Source: an uncultured Eubacteriales bacterium
GTDB lineage: Bacteria; Bacillota; Clostridia; Oscillospirales; CAG-272
DNA length: 64,000 bases
Assembly (NCBI GenBank): GCA_934526185.1
Contig: CAKTAA010000003.1
Span: 2,950 to 66,949 of the forward strand
Direction of reading: 5' to 3'
Shown: one piece after another, positions 54,685-62,943 of the stretch
How positions within the stretch are numbered: position 1 is the stretch's first letter
Layout: the number at the start of each line of letters is the position of its first letter
Program-made: the position numbers and the translations under genes
The notes under the pieces: generated by a model
What the model saw: only the letters and a program-made list of their open reading frames with translations
What the model was told of the DNA's origin: nothing
Databases searched by the model: none

Positions 54685-55112
54685 ATGCTTTTGAATTACA
54701 GAAACTTATCCGTCAGAAATGCTTCACCGGATGATGCCGTACAATTGGCGGCGCGGCGGTATGACGGAACCGTTATGGCTCATGCCGGTTTTCCGCGGGG
54801 ACTAAATCAGACGGCGGAGGAACGGCAGAAATAGGTTTCAAGATCTGCGATTTTTTAATACACGGCAAGGGGTTTTGCAAAATACTGCTCAGTATGCTCA
54901 TATCGTCTCTGTTTCGCAATATGGGATATGACAAAATCTTTATTAATATAAATGCAGAAAACAAAAGACCTCAGCACGTATACGAAAGGCTTGGATTCCG
55001 GAAAATACGAAGCCGGGAAAACTCGCGGAAAAACCAGCTTGGCGAGCTGCAGTCGTCTGTCGATTACGAATTGTGTCGCGAAAACTTTTTAAGCTTTGTA
55101 AATGAATTCTGA
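54685..55112 (+). pseudogene. GNAT-family N-acetyltransferase remnant (internally deleted or frameshifted)
   Basis: N-terminal piece MLLNYRNLSVRNASPDDAVQL..GTVMAHAGFPRGL (54685-54834, stop). C-terminal piece ..MGYDKIFININAENKRPQHVYERLGFRKI.. (54894-55112). It lacks the central acetyl-CoA-binding region. It is the only plus-strand coding remnant inside the minus-strand cluster. Confidence 0.55.
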
Positions 55113-55214
55113 TGAAAGAACGGACTGTCAAGATGCTTTCCGGCATACCAGTCAGTCGTCGCCGGCAGTTTCCACATGATTTCACCGCGGAGCGCGTAAG
55201 GGACGGAAGCTCTT

Positions 55215-56552
55215 TCAGCTTTCGTTCTTTTTCTTTACGGTACCGGTTACGCCTTTCTCATCTCTTGCTTTGAAGCCCTCGGTAAATTTCCGGATTTTCT
55301 GTCGAACGGCCTCCGGTGAGGAAAGCCGGCTGAGCAGGAGGCAGTATTTTTTGTTCAGCTCCTCCTCCGACAGACAATCATGCATTATCACCGGCTGATA
55401 AATGGTATAGTCGTTCCAATCGTAGGATGTCAGCCGGCGGCTGCGGTGCATCCTCTCGAAAAGCGGAGTGCCGGGGTACGGCGTCGCCATGGTTATGCTG
55501 GCGGCAAAAAGCCCAGTTCGGCTGATAAATTCCTCCAGCTGCTCAAAGACCTGCGGCGGATCGTCAGGCCATCCGACAATGAAGCTCCCGGTAACGCCGA
55601 TCCCCTCATCCTGTATTCTCTGAATCATTTCGCCGTATCTGTCAGCGAAACGCGCTTTCAGGCCGCTGGGTTCCACCTGTTCCAGCAGATCTCTCCGTAT
55701 GCCTTCAAAACCGATTAGAACCTGTGAAAGTCCGCTCCGGCGCGCCTCGCGGATGTTTTCACGCTCCGCCGCAAAAGAGATATCTGTGTTTGCATACCAA
55801 GAAAAGCCGCTCTCTCTCATAACATCGGCCAGCATGTGAAAATGCGCGGGATCGCTGTAAATGTTGTCGTCGGTTATATAAATCCGGCCCGCTCCCCGCA
55901 GCCCATTAATTGCCTGTAGCTCTCTTTCGAGCTGTTCTGCATTTTTTTTGCGGAATACATCGCCGTACAGACCGCGGACATTGCAGAAGCTGCACCGGTT
56001 GCTGCACCCGCGCGAGGACTGCACGGGTATCAGCTTTCTCTCCTCCTCCGACAACAGGGAAAATAGCGGAACAGGAGAGGCGCAGAGATTTACAGTCCCC
56101 ATAGGCTGTTCATAGCACTTTTCGGGACATCCGCGCGCAAAATCCCGCAGGAAACGCCGGAATATAAGCTCCCCTTCTCCGAGCATCAGTGTGTCGGCGT
56201 GCCGCGCCGCCTCCTTCGGCATCGCTTTGGCGTGAACGCCTCCGATGACAACATGCGCTCCCCGCCGCCGGTATTCGTCAGCCAGCGCATACGCACGTCT
56301 GGCATTGGGCGTGACAGTATACAAGCTTATGACATCGTACGTTCCTTCCGGTAGAGAACAGAATGCCTCATCTGCCGTCTCAGGCTCATACCCCTCCTGC
56401 TCCGCGATAGCTGCCAGAAGGAAGAGCGCCGGCGTTGCGACGCGCCAGCGGCTGCCAAGCAACCGTTTCTCCTCATCTTCGAAGGAACGGTTGAGCACAA
56501 AATCACCGCGCGGGCCCGGCATTGCCGGCGCTGCAAGCAAGATTCTCTTCAC
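55215..56552 (-). CDS. B12-binding-domain radical SAM protein (paralog 3)
   Basis: GTG start at 56552 (VKRILLAAP matches paralog N-termini). HVVIGGVHAKAMPKEAARHADTLMLGEGE, SRGCSNRCSFC, IYITDDNIY. C-terminal block RRLTSYDWNDYTIYQPVI is shared with paralogs 1 and 4-6. Confidence 0.85.
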   Translation of the reverse strand: MKRILLAAPAMPGPRGDFVLNRSFEDEEKRLLGSRWRVATPALFLLAAIAEQEGYEPETADEAFCSLPEGTYDVISLYTVTPNARRAYALADEYRRRGAHVVIGGVHAKAMPKEAARHADTLMLGEGELIFRRFLRDFARGCPEKCYEQPMGTVNLCASPVPLFSLLSEEERKLIPVQSSRGCSNRCSFCNVRGLYGDVFRKKNAEQLERELQAINGLRGAGRIYITDDNIYSDPAHFHMLADVMRESGFSWYANTDISFAAERENIREARRSGLSQVLIGFEGIRRDLLEQVEPSGLKARFADRYGEMIQRIQDEGIGVTGSFIVGWPDDPPQVFEQLEEFISRTGLFAASITMATPYPGTPLFERMHRSRRLTSYDWNDYTIYQPVIMHDCLSEEELNKKYCLLLSRLSSPEAVRQKIRKFTEGFKARDEKGVTGTVKKKNES

Positions 56553-57864
56553 TGTTTTTCACCCTGTTCCGATTCAGATTTTTAAAGTACAGCAGCCTGT
56601 CCCGCGCCGCCTGCGGTGAATAGATCTGACGAAGTGCCTCGCCAAAGCCTCTTTCCAACTCGTCCACCCGCATTTTTGCAGGCTCCACCACCACATTCCA
56701 AAGCGTATAGCTCCCCCAATGTCTGCTCAGAATTCTTCCGTCGGTTTCCAGCCGGCGATAAAGCTCAGAACCGGGAAACGGCGTCGGCACAGACAGCATC
56801 GCACCGTACAGGTGATTTTCCAGAGTAAAATCCACAATCCGCTGAAAAACACCGGTATCATCGCCGTCCAATCCCAAAATGAAGGTTCCCCATACGCCGA
56901 TGCCGTAGGACTGAATGATGGATATTGCCTCGGCATATCCGGAAAGCTGTTCATATTTCCACTTTTCCATTTCACGAAGCGATGCCGGCTCAATGCTCTC
57001 AAAGCCGATCACCAGCTTCCGGCAGCCGGACGCATGCAGAAGCTTCAGAAGCTCCGGCTTGTAGGCCAGACTGATATCCGTATGGGACATCCAGCGAATG
57101 CCGGCCGATGCAAGCTCGCGCAGAAGCGTTTGCGAAAACTTTTTGTCTACCAGCATGTTGTCATCCGTAAAATAGACATGCGGCCTTTCCTTCATTGATT
57201 TGATCGTTTCCAGCTCGGAGAGTACCTGCTCCACGCCTTTGTGGCGGTATTTCGGTCCGTAGACCTTCGTGGAAGCGCAGAACGCGCAGTTGTGCGGACA
57301 GCCGCGGGATATCTGAACCGGAACCGTTCTGTATTTCGCCATATCCAGCAGGCCGTAAAGCGGCGTCGGGCTCTGTGCAAGATCGATGAGCTCCGTATTC
57401 CTGTAAAAACGGTCCGGCCTTCCGTTTCGGCAGTCCGAAAGAAATTTCGGCCATGTTTTCTCGCCCTCACCGATGAAAACGGTATCAAAATGCTCCGCCG
57501 CTTCCTCCGGCAGGTTTGTAGGATGCATGCCGCCGCATACGGTATAAATGCCGCGCGAACGGAAAAAATCGGAGAGCTCATAGGCACGCGTTGCCTGCTG
57601 CGTCATAAAAGACATCCCCACCATGTCGCAGGCAACCGAAAGATCCGTCTCCTGCGTCTCCTCGTCGATGTAGGATATTTCATTGAAATACGGGGCGGCA
57701 ATGGCCGCAACGGTCAGCAGCGGGGCGTTCGGGCAGGACATTAGCTCACGCAGCGAATCGATCTGACTTAAGCTGTCGTATAGCTGCCGGGTACGCAGAT
57801 TCTCCGCGGAGCGGCCCATCCCGACGCCGCGCGGAGACAGCAGAACAAGTTTATTCAACTTCAT
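56503..57864 (-). CDS. B12-binding-domain radical SAM protein (paralog 4)
   Basis: MKLNKLVLLSP, TVCGGMHPTNLPEEAAEHFDTVFIGEGE, SRGCPHNCAFC, VYFTDDNML, GRILSRHWGSYTLWNVVVEP. The 3' end overlaps paralog 3 by 50 nt. Confidence 0.85.
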   Translation of the reverse strand: MKLNKLVLLSPRGVGMGRSAENLRTRQLYDSLSQIDSLRELMSCPNAPLLTVAAIAAPYFNEISYIDEETQETDLSVACDMVGMSFMTQQATRAYELSDFFRSRGIYTVCGGMHPTNLPEEAAEHFDTVFIGEGEKTWPKFLSDCRNGRPDRFYRNTELIDLAQSPTPLYGLLDMAKYRTVPVQISRGCPHNCAFCASTKVYGPKYRHKGVEQVLSELETIKSMKERPHVYFTDDNMLVDKKFSQTLLRELASAGIRWMSHTDISLAYKPELLKLLHASGCRKLVIGFESIEPASLREMEKWKYEQLSGYAEAISIIQSYGIGVWGTFILGLDGDDTGVFQRIVDFTLENHLYGAMLSVPTPFPGSELYRRLETDGRILSRHWGSYTLWNVVVEPAKMRVDELERGFGEALRQIYSPQAARDRLLYFKNLNRNRVKNSEENLACSAGNAGPAR

Positions 57865-57985
57865 TTGACAGCCGTTCCTTTCTGAAACAAGTAGTTTTTC
57901 ATGAACCGGACAATGAACCTAAGATGTTCCGCCGGTGGACCGCGCAGAAACGTTTCGGACATCGCTTTTCAAGCCGCACCATGGA

Positions 57986-59323
57986 TTAAACATTTTTATT
58001 CGCTGCAGCCCCTGCCCTGCGGTTATTGCGCAGATTTCTGCGGAGGGACGCCATCCGGTATGCCGCCGCCTCGGTGTTGTAAAATTTATCATAGATCCAC
58101 GCGACCCCCCTCATAAGCTCATCCGCCGTCATATGCTTCGGACGGTAAACGACGTCCCAGAACGTGTACCGGCTCCAGTCATAATCCGCAATCCGTCCGG
58201 CAGCTTCCATCTCACAGAATAGCTGTGTGCCCGGCAGCGGCGTCAGAATCGTGAAGCTGCCGGAATAAATACCGTTGCTCTGGACAAATTCCAGCACTTT
58301 TTCGAACACATCCGCGCCGTCCTCGTCTGTGCCGAACAGAAAGGATCCCCATATCTGTACACCCGCCGCCTGTATGTTTGCCGTCAGCCGCTCATAGCGC
58401 TGCGACATTCCCGCTTTCCATTTGTTTTTATCAAGCGTAGCCAGGCTGCCGCCGGATGGATTTTCAAAGCCGATAAAGAGCCACCGGCAGCCAGCGTCCC
58501 GGAGCAGCGCCAGAATTTCCGGCTCTTCTCCAACGGAAATATCCGTCTGCGTCCCCCAGTAGATTTCCTCGTCCCGAAGCAGACGGAGCAGCTTCAGAGC
58601 GCTGTCCCTGCGGATAAACATATTATCATCCGCAAAGAATACAAACGGTGCAGCCGTGACACGCTTAATCGCCCGGAGCTCCTTTATGACCTGCTCCGCC
58701 GTTTTGTGCCGGTAACGGGAGCCGTAGATAACCGGCAGCGTACAGTAAGAGCAGGTTCGGGGACATCCCCGCGTCGTCTGCAGACTGTAGGAGCCGTAAA
58801 GCGAAGGGTTCAAAAGATCGTAACGCGGTACGGGAGACAGTCTCAGATTCGTCAGCCGTTCGGCTCTGTAAACTCTTTTCGGCGAGCCGGCTTCAAAATC
58901 CGTGAGAAACCGAAACAGTGTTTCCTCGCCCTCTCCGCACATAACGGTATCCGCATAATGCAGCGCCTCCTCACACAGCATGGAGGCATGTATGCCGCCC
59001 ATCACGGTATAACACCCCCGTTCTCTAAACCTCTTGCAGATCTCGTAAGCGCGCGGCGCCTGCTGCGTCATGCCCGTCACCGCTGCCAGTGTAAAATCCT
59101 CATCGAACGGAATCTCCTCGCCGTGATCCTCGTCGATAAACCGAAGCTCATACGACGGAGGAAACAGCGCCGCAAGTGTCAGCAGACTGAGGTTCGGCGT
59201 TTCCCACGCTCCGTAAAACGTCGGAACAACCGTGTTGCTCTCCATAAATGACTTCATATATGGATTTTTACCGTATTTTGATCCCTTCGGTACTACCAGA
59301 GCCACCTTTGACATGGATGCCAT
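57986..59323 (-). CDS. B12-binding-domain radical SAM protein (paralog 5)
   Basis: Start moved to MASMSKVALVVP (ATG 59323, or 59314). TVMGGIHASMLCEEALHYADTVMCGEGE, TRGCPRTCSYC, VFFADDNMF, GRIADYDWSRYTFWDVVYRP. Confidence 0.8.
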   Translation of the reverse strand: MASMSKVALVVPKGSKYGKNPYMKSFMESNTVVPTFYGAWETPNLSLLTLAALFPPSYELRFIDEDHGEEIPFDEDFTLAAVTGMTQQAPRAYEICKRFRERGCYTVMGGIHASMLCEEALHYADTVMCGEGEETLFRFLTDFEAGSPKRVYRAERLTNLRLSPVPRYDLLNPSLYGSYSLQTTRGCPRTCSYCTLPVIYGSRYRHKTAEQVIKELRAIKRVTAAPFVFFADDNMFIRRDSALKLLRLLRDEEIYWGTQTDISVGEEPEILALLRDAGCRWLFIGFENPSGGSLATLDKNKWKAGMSQRYERLTANIQAAGVQIWGSFLFGTDEDGADVFEKVLEFVQSNGIYSGSFTILTPLPGTQLFCEMEAAGRIADYDWSRYTFWDVVYRPKHMTADELMRGVAWIYDKFYNTEAAAYRMASLRRNLRNNRRAGAAANKNV

Positions 59324-59390
59324 ACTCCCTTCGCAAAACCGTTTTTTATGCCCAGTATCGTTACACTCCAGCCGCCGCTGCGGAAAAGCA

Positions 59391-61787
59391 TTACTCGGCC
59401 CGGGCATTTGCCGCCTCATTCTCCTTATGCAGTCTGCGGACGCGGCCTGTCGTACCGTTAAGCTCCACAAGCTCGCCTTCGGTAAAATGCTGCATGGCGT
59501 CTCCGTTAAAGACAACTACCGGGATCCGGTATTCCCTTGCGACGACCGCCCCGTGGGAAAGCATGTTGCCGTAACTCATAATCAGCCCGGAAACCAGCTT
59601 CAGCATGGGTGTCCAACTCGGATGAAAGGTATGAACAACACCGATGTCTCCCGCACACAGTCTGCTGAAATCCTCCGTGCCGCGCAGCAGCCGAATCCGT
59701 CCGCGCGCCTCCCCGCCGCTGATGCCTGTGGTTTTGTAGCGTTTTCCTCCCTGACACCGCTGTATCTCAACCTCTTCGGATTCCTTGAAGAGATACGGAG
59801 GTGTCCGGTCTTTTTCCTGCAAAAACAGGTGCCGGCGCCGTGAGGCGGACACCGAGGCATTCTGCAGCCCCGCGCCGGCGCACTGCCCGATTTCCCTTGC
59901 TGTCAGGTGAAAAATATCTTCTCTGGCCTTCAGGATCCCCTCGGATGCAAACGCTTCTCCGAGGCGCAGAAGAATACAGCGGATAAGATGCCAGCTCCGG
60001 TCAAATTCATAACGCTGATCCTCCCGCAGGCACATATAGATGCCGGCCAGCCGCGCCGTTTTCTTAAGCCTTCTCCGCAGAACGGCCGGAATATCTGATG
60101 AAGCAGCTTCCATCCGGTGTGTCTGTTTTCCGCTGCCGGTTCTGTTTTTATCTTCGTTATGAGAGGATAACCGGCGCAGATACTGTCTCACGACGGAGAT
60201 GAGATATTCCGGATTTTCCTTTAAATGCGGGTATAAAATATCATCGCAGTGCATCCCCCTGTGCCCGTGTTTTTTCAGATATGCTCTGAGATTTTCATAA
60301 ATGTCCGGACACGCACCGCTGCGGAGCGTTTTTTGAATCTCGGCCGGCTCCCGCTCTGAAAACAACCGGTATGCGTCCCTGCTTCTGCGGATTTTTTCAG
60401 CAATTTGCATCAGCTCGCGGTTCGCTCTCACCGTACTGCTTTTCATTCCACGGTGCGCGATGGCCGCGTCGGCCTCCGATTCTTCAAGGCCTGCCTCAGC
60501 GTATGCAGTCCGTGCCCATTTGTATGAAATTTGAGCAAAGCCGAGAAATCTGAAATGATCGGCGCCCAGGTAATCGCAGAAGTTCTCCGTCGCCCTGCTG
60601 AGCAGGGAAAGCAGCCCTCCTGTGTCGGCAGCGTCCCGCACCTTCCGGCTGAGTGCGCGCACCCGCCTCCGGTATCGTCCGAGACGTCTGTACCATGAAC
60701 GCCAGTCCCTCTCCATTTTCCGGATAAGGCGGCTCCTTTTTTCCGCATCGCCCTCTCCTGTATCCTCGAAATACTTTTTCTGAAATTTCAGATTCCAGTA
60801 TACCCTGTTGCGTATGAAGCACAGAGGCCTGTCCTCCGGCGCGCCCCCTCTCTCGTTGCTGTAAAAGCTGAAAAACACCCTGTCCTGCCACGCATCAAGC
60901 AAAGAGAGGTAGCAAACGGAGGCAGGAGACGCAAAGCGGTCAAGCAGAACACAGTCCAAGCTGCCGCCGAAAATGTCGTGATACAGACCGTCGCCTGCGG
61001 ACGTAATCGGCCTCGCCTGAAACACGTATAGTTTTCCGGAAGAGATCCCCCATTCGATGTCCCACCCGTCTCCAAGGCGGGCAATTACATTTTCTGCCGT
61101 ATCCCGAAGAAGAATCGCAGAATTCGGCGTAAGAGGCCCGTCTGCCGCGGCCGTATCGATTGTTTCTCCTTTTTTCCAGATATATCTGCAAGCTTGCCCC
61201 CCTCCGTCAACGACCGGCCGGCAGCCGCCCCGGCAGACCTCCGCCACAAAACTGTTCTCTCCAGTCAGCGGATGCCTTGTAAACAGTACGCCCGCAGACT
61301 CACAGGACAACATTTTCTGTATCAGCACAGGCATCGGCTGCGTACCGGCGGATACTCCCCTGTATGAGTTCACCCGCGGCGCAAGATAGGAGATCCATAC
61401 ACGTTTGACTGCGTCGGCAAGCTGAGGGGGATTTTCCACGTCCGAAACGCTTTCATAAATACCGGCAAAGGAACGCTCCGTGCTGTCCTCACCCGGAACG
61501 CTGGAGCGGACAATGACTTTCCCGCCTCCGCCCGTCCGCTCAAAAACGGCGTTCAACATTCGGATTTCCTTTTTGTCAAAAGCAGCGCTCAGAATCTTCG
61601 CCGCCGCATTCTTTTCCGCCGTATCAATACGGTTGCGCAGCATAAAACGCGCGGCAAATGCGGCAGGCAGGACATATCCGCCGCTGATCCGAAATCCGGT
61701 CCTCCAAAGCCGCATAAGCATGGCGGCCTTACCGCCGATTTCTCTTTCCGGCGGGATTTCCTTCTTTCTGTTGAGTAGATTTATCAT
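59391..61787 (-). CDS. PEP-utilising-enzyme family phosphotransferase (PPDK_N ATP-grasp plus C-terminal swivelling His domain; RPH/PpsA-like)
   Basis: N-terminal IGGKAAMLMRL (GGKAxNL-type ATP-grasp start). C-terminal GDIGVVHTFHPSWTPMLKLVSGLIMSYGNMLSHGAVVAREYRIPVV (mobile His domain). ATG at 61787 is preferred over the TTG at 61823. Confidence 0.7.
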   Translation of the reverse strand: MINLLNRKKEIPPEREIGGKAAMLMRLWRTGFRISGGYVLPAAFAARFMLRNRIDTAEKNAAAKILSAAFDKKEIRMLNAVFERTGGGGKVIVRSSVPGEDSTERSFAGIYESVSDVENPPQLADAVKRVWISYLAPRVNSYRGVSAGTQPMPVLIQKMLSCESAGVLFTRHPLTGENSFVAEVCRGGCRPVVDGGGQACRYIWKKGETIDTAAADGPLTPNSAILLRDTAENVIARLGDGWDIEWGISSGKLYVFQARPITSAGDGLYHDIFGGSLDCVLLDRFASPASVCYLSLLDAWQDRVFFSFYSNERGGAPEDRPLCFIRNRVYWNLKFQKKYFEDTGEGDAEKRSRLIRKMERDWRSWYRRLGRYRRRVRALSRKVRDAADTGGLLSLLSRATENFCDYLGADHFRFLGFAQISYKWARTAYAEAGLEESEADAAIAHRGMKSSTVRANRELMQIAEKIRRSRDAYRLFSEREPAEIQKTLRSGACPDIYENLRAYLKKHGHRGMHCDDILYPHLKENPEYLISVVRQYLRRLSSHNEDKNRTGSGKQTHRMEAASSDIPAVLRRRLKKTARLAGIYMCLREDQRYEFDRSWHLIRCILLRLGEAFASEGILKAREDIFHLTAREIGQCAGAGLQNASVSASRRRHLFLQEKDRTPPYLFKESEEVEIQRCQGGKRYKTTGISGGEARGRIRLLRGTEDFSRLCAGDIGVVHTFHPSWTPMLKLVSGLIMSYGNMLSHGAVVAREYRIPVVVFNGDAMQHFTEGELVELNGTTGRVRRLHKENEAANARAE

Positions 61788-61887
61788 AACGCCTGTCTGC
61801 ACTTTTTCCCTGTCTGCGTACAATGTTTTCCGCCTTTCCGAGCGGCAGCCAGTCTGCTGTGCCCGCCCCTCTTTTCTGTTTTCAGGC

Positions 61888-62826
61888 TTACGCCGTACCC
61901 GCCTCTCCGATATCCTCCGGCCGGCCGATCCAGCGGCAATTCATGCGTCCGTCCGCCAGACGGGCATTGCCGCTGACCGTGCATCCGGGGCCGAACTCGT
62001 AAAGCTCTCTGATGCCGGATTCTGCCAGCCTGCGGATCAATTTCTGCCATAAAATCGGCGAGGCTATCTGCCGGGACAGCTTATCCCGCAAAGCATTGCC
62101 GTCCTCAGACGGCATGCCGTCAACACAGCTGTAAACAGGTGCGGCAGGCGCGGATACCTGCATTTCCGCAAAATCTTCGGCTGATTCCTCCTGTATCCTA
62201 CGGCAGAGCGGACTGTGATACGCCCGCTCCCCGTCAAGCCGTATGGCCCAGCGCGCTCCGCATTTTTTTGCCAGCGCGGCGGCGGACAGTACCCGCTCCT
62301 TCCTCCCCGACAAAATATTCTGCGTCTCTGACAGAAAGGCGCCGACACACAGACTTTCACCGTCCGGATCTGCCTGCAGGCAGCATTTTTCGAGCTGCTG
62401 CACGGGAAAATCCACAATGCGGTACATACATTCCTCACCCGCCGGCAGCGCCAGACGCGACTCCAGGCGCAGAAGCAGTCTCAGTACCTGCGGAAACGGG
62501 AGAACCCCTGCGGCCGTCAAAGCGGTAAATTCGCCTTGGCTGAAGCCCAGAAACGCCGACGGCCCTCCGAAGCGTGACGAGAAAAACCGATAGATGCTGA
62601 GACAATGTGTGAGCAGAGCGGCCATCTCCAGACGTTTCGGGAGATGCTTTTCCGAAAAGCATCTTTGCGCAAGCCGCTCCCCGATACAGTCCTCGGCCTG
62701 CTGCCAGACGCCGCGCACGGAAGCGTCCGCCCTGTAAAATCCGCCGTCAAAATTTTTCTTAGCCGCTTCCCTTCCGGGAAATGCTGCGGCAGCGTTTATC
62801 CAAAGCTTTTTCTGTATAGCAACCAT
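61888..62826 (-). CDS. FabD-like acyl-CoA:ACP acyltransferase (Acyl_transf_1 family)
   Basis: AAAFPGREA (compare FPGQGSQ), nucleophile elbow GFSQGEFTALTAAGVL (compare GHSLGEY), C-terminal YEFGPGCTVSG. 312 aa. Confidence 0.7.
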   Translation of the reverse strand: MVAIQKKLWINAAAAFPGREAAKKNFDGGFYRADASVRGVWQQAEDCIGERLAQRCFSEKHLPKRLEMAALLTHCLSIYRFFSSRFGGPSAFLGFSQGEFTALTAAGVLPFPQVLRLLLRLESRLALPAGEECMYRIVDFPVQQLEKCCLQADPDGESLCVGAFLSETQNILSGRKERVLSAAALAKKCGARWAIRLDGERAYHSPLCRRIQEESAEDFAEMQVSAPAAPVYSCVDGMPSEDGNALRDKLSRQIASPILWQKLIRRLAESGIRELYEFGPGCTVSGNARLADGRMNCRWIGRPEDIGEAGTA

Positions 62827-62943
62827 TTTCCTGCTGTCCTGTCTGAGGATTCGGGCCGCGGCCTTTCCGCCGGACCTCTGTCTTTTCCGTATTGACGGTT
62901 TTCGAATCCGTAATCCGTATTCTGAAAATTGTTTTTCCTCTGC

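Noticed and set aside
57861-57962. 33-aa minus-strand ORF (MSETFLRGPPAEHLRFIVRFMKNYLFQKGTAVK), ATGA-coupled to radical SAM paralog 4, considered as a RiPP precursor peptide
   Set aside because: It has no convincing RBS, no leader/core features, and no Cys/Ser/Thr-rich core. The cluster context (ACP, AT, FabZ) argues for an acyl rather than a peptide substrate. It could be revisited with conservation data.
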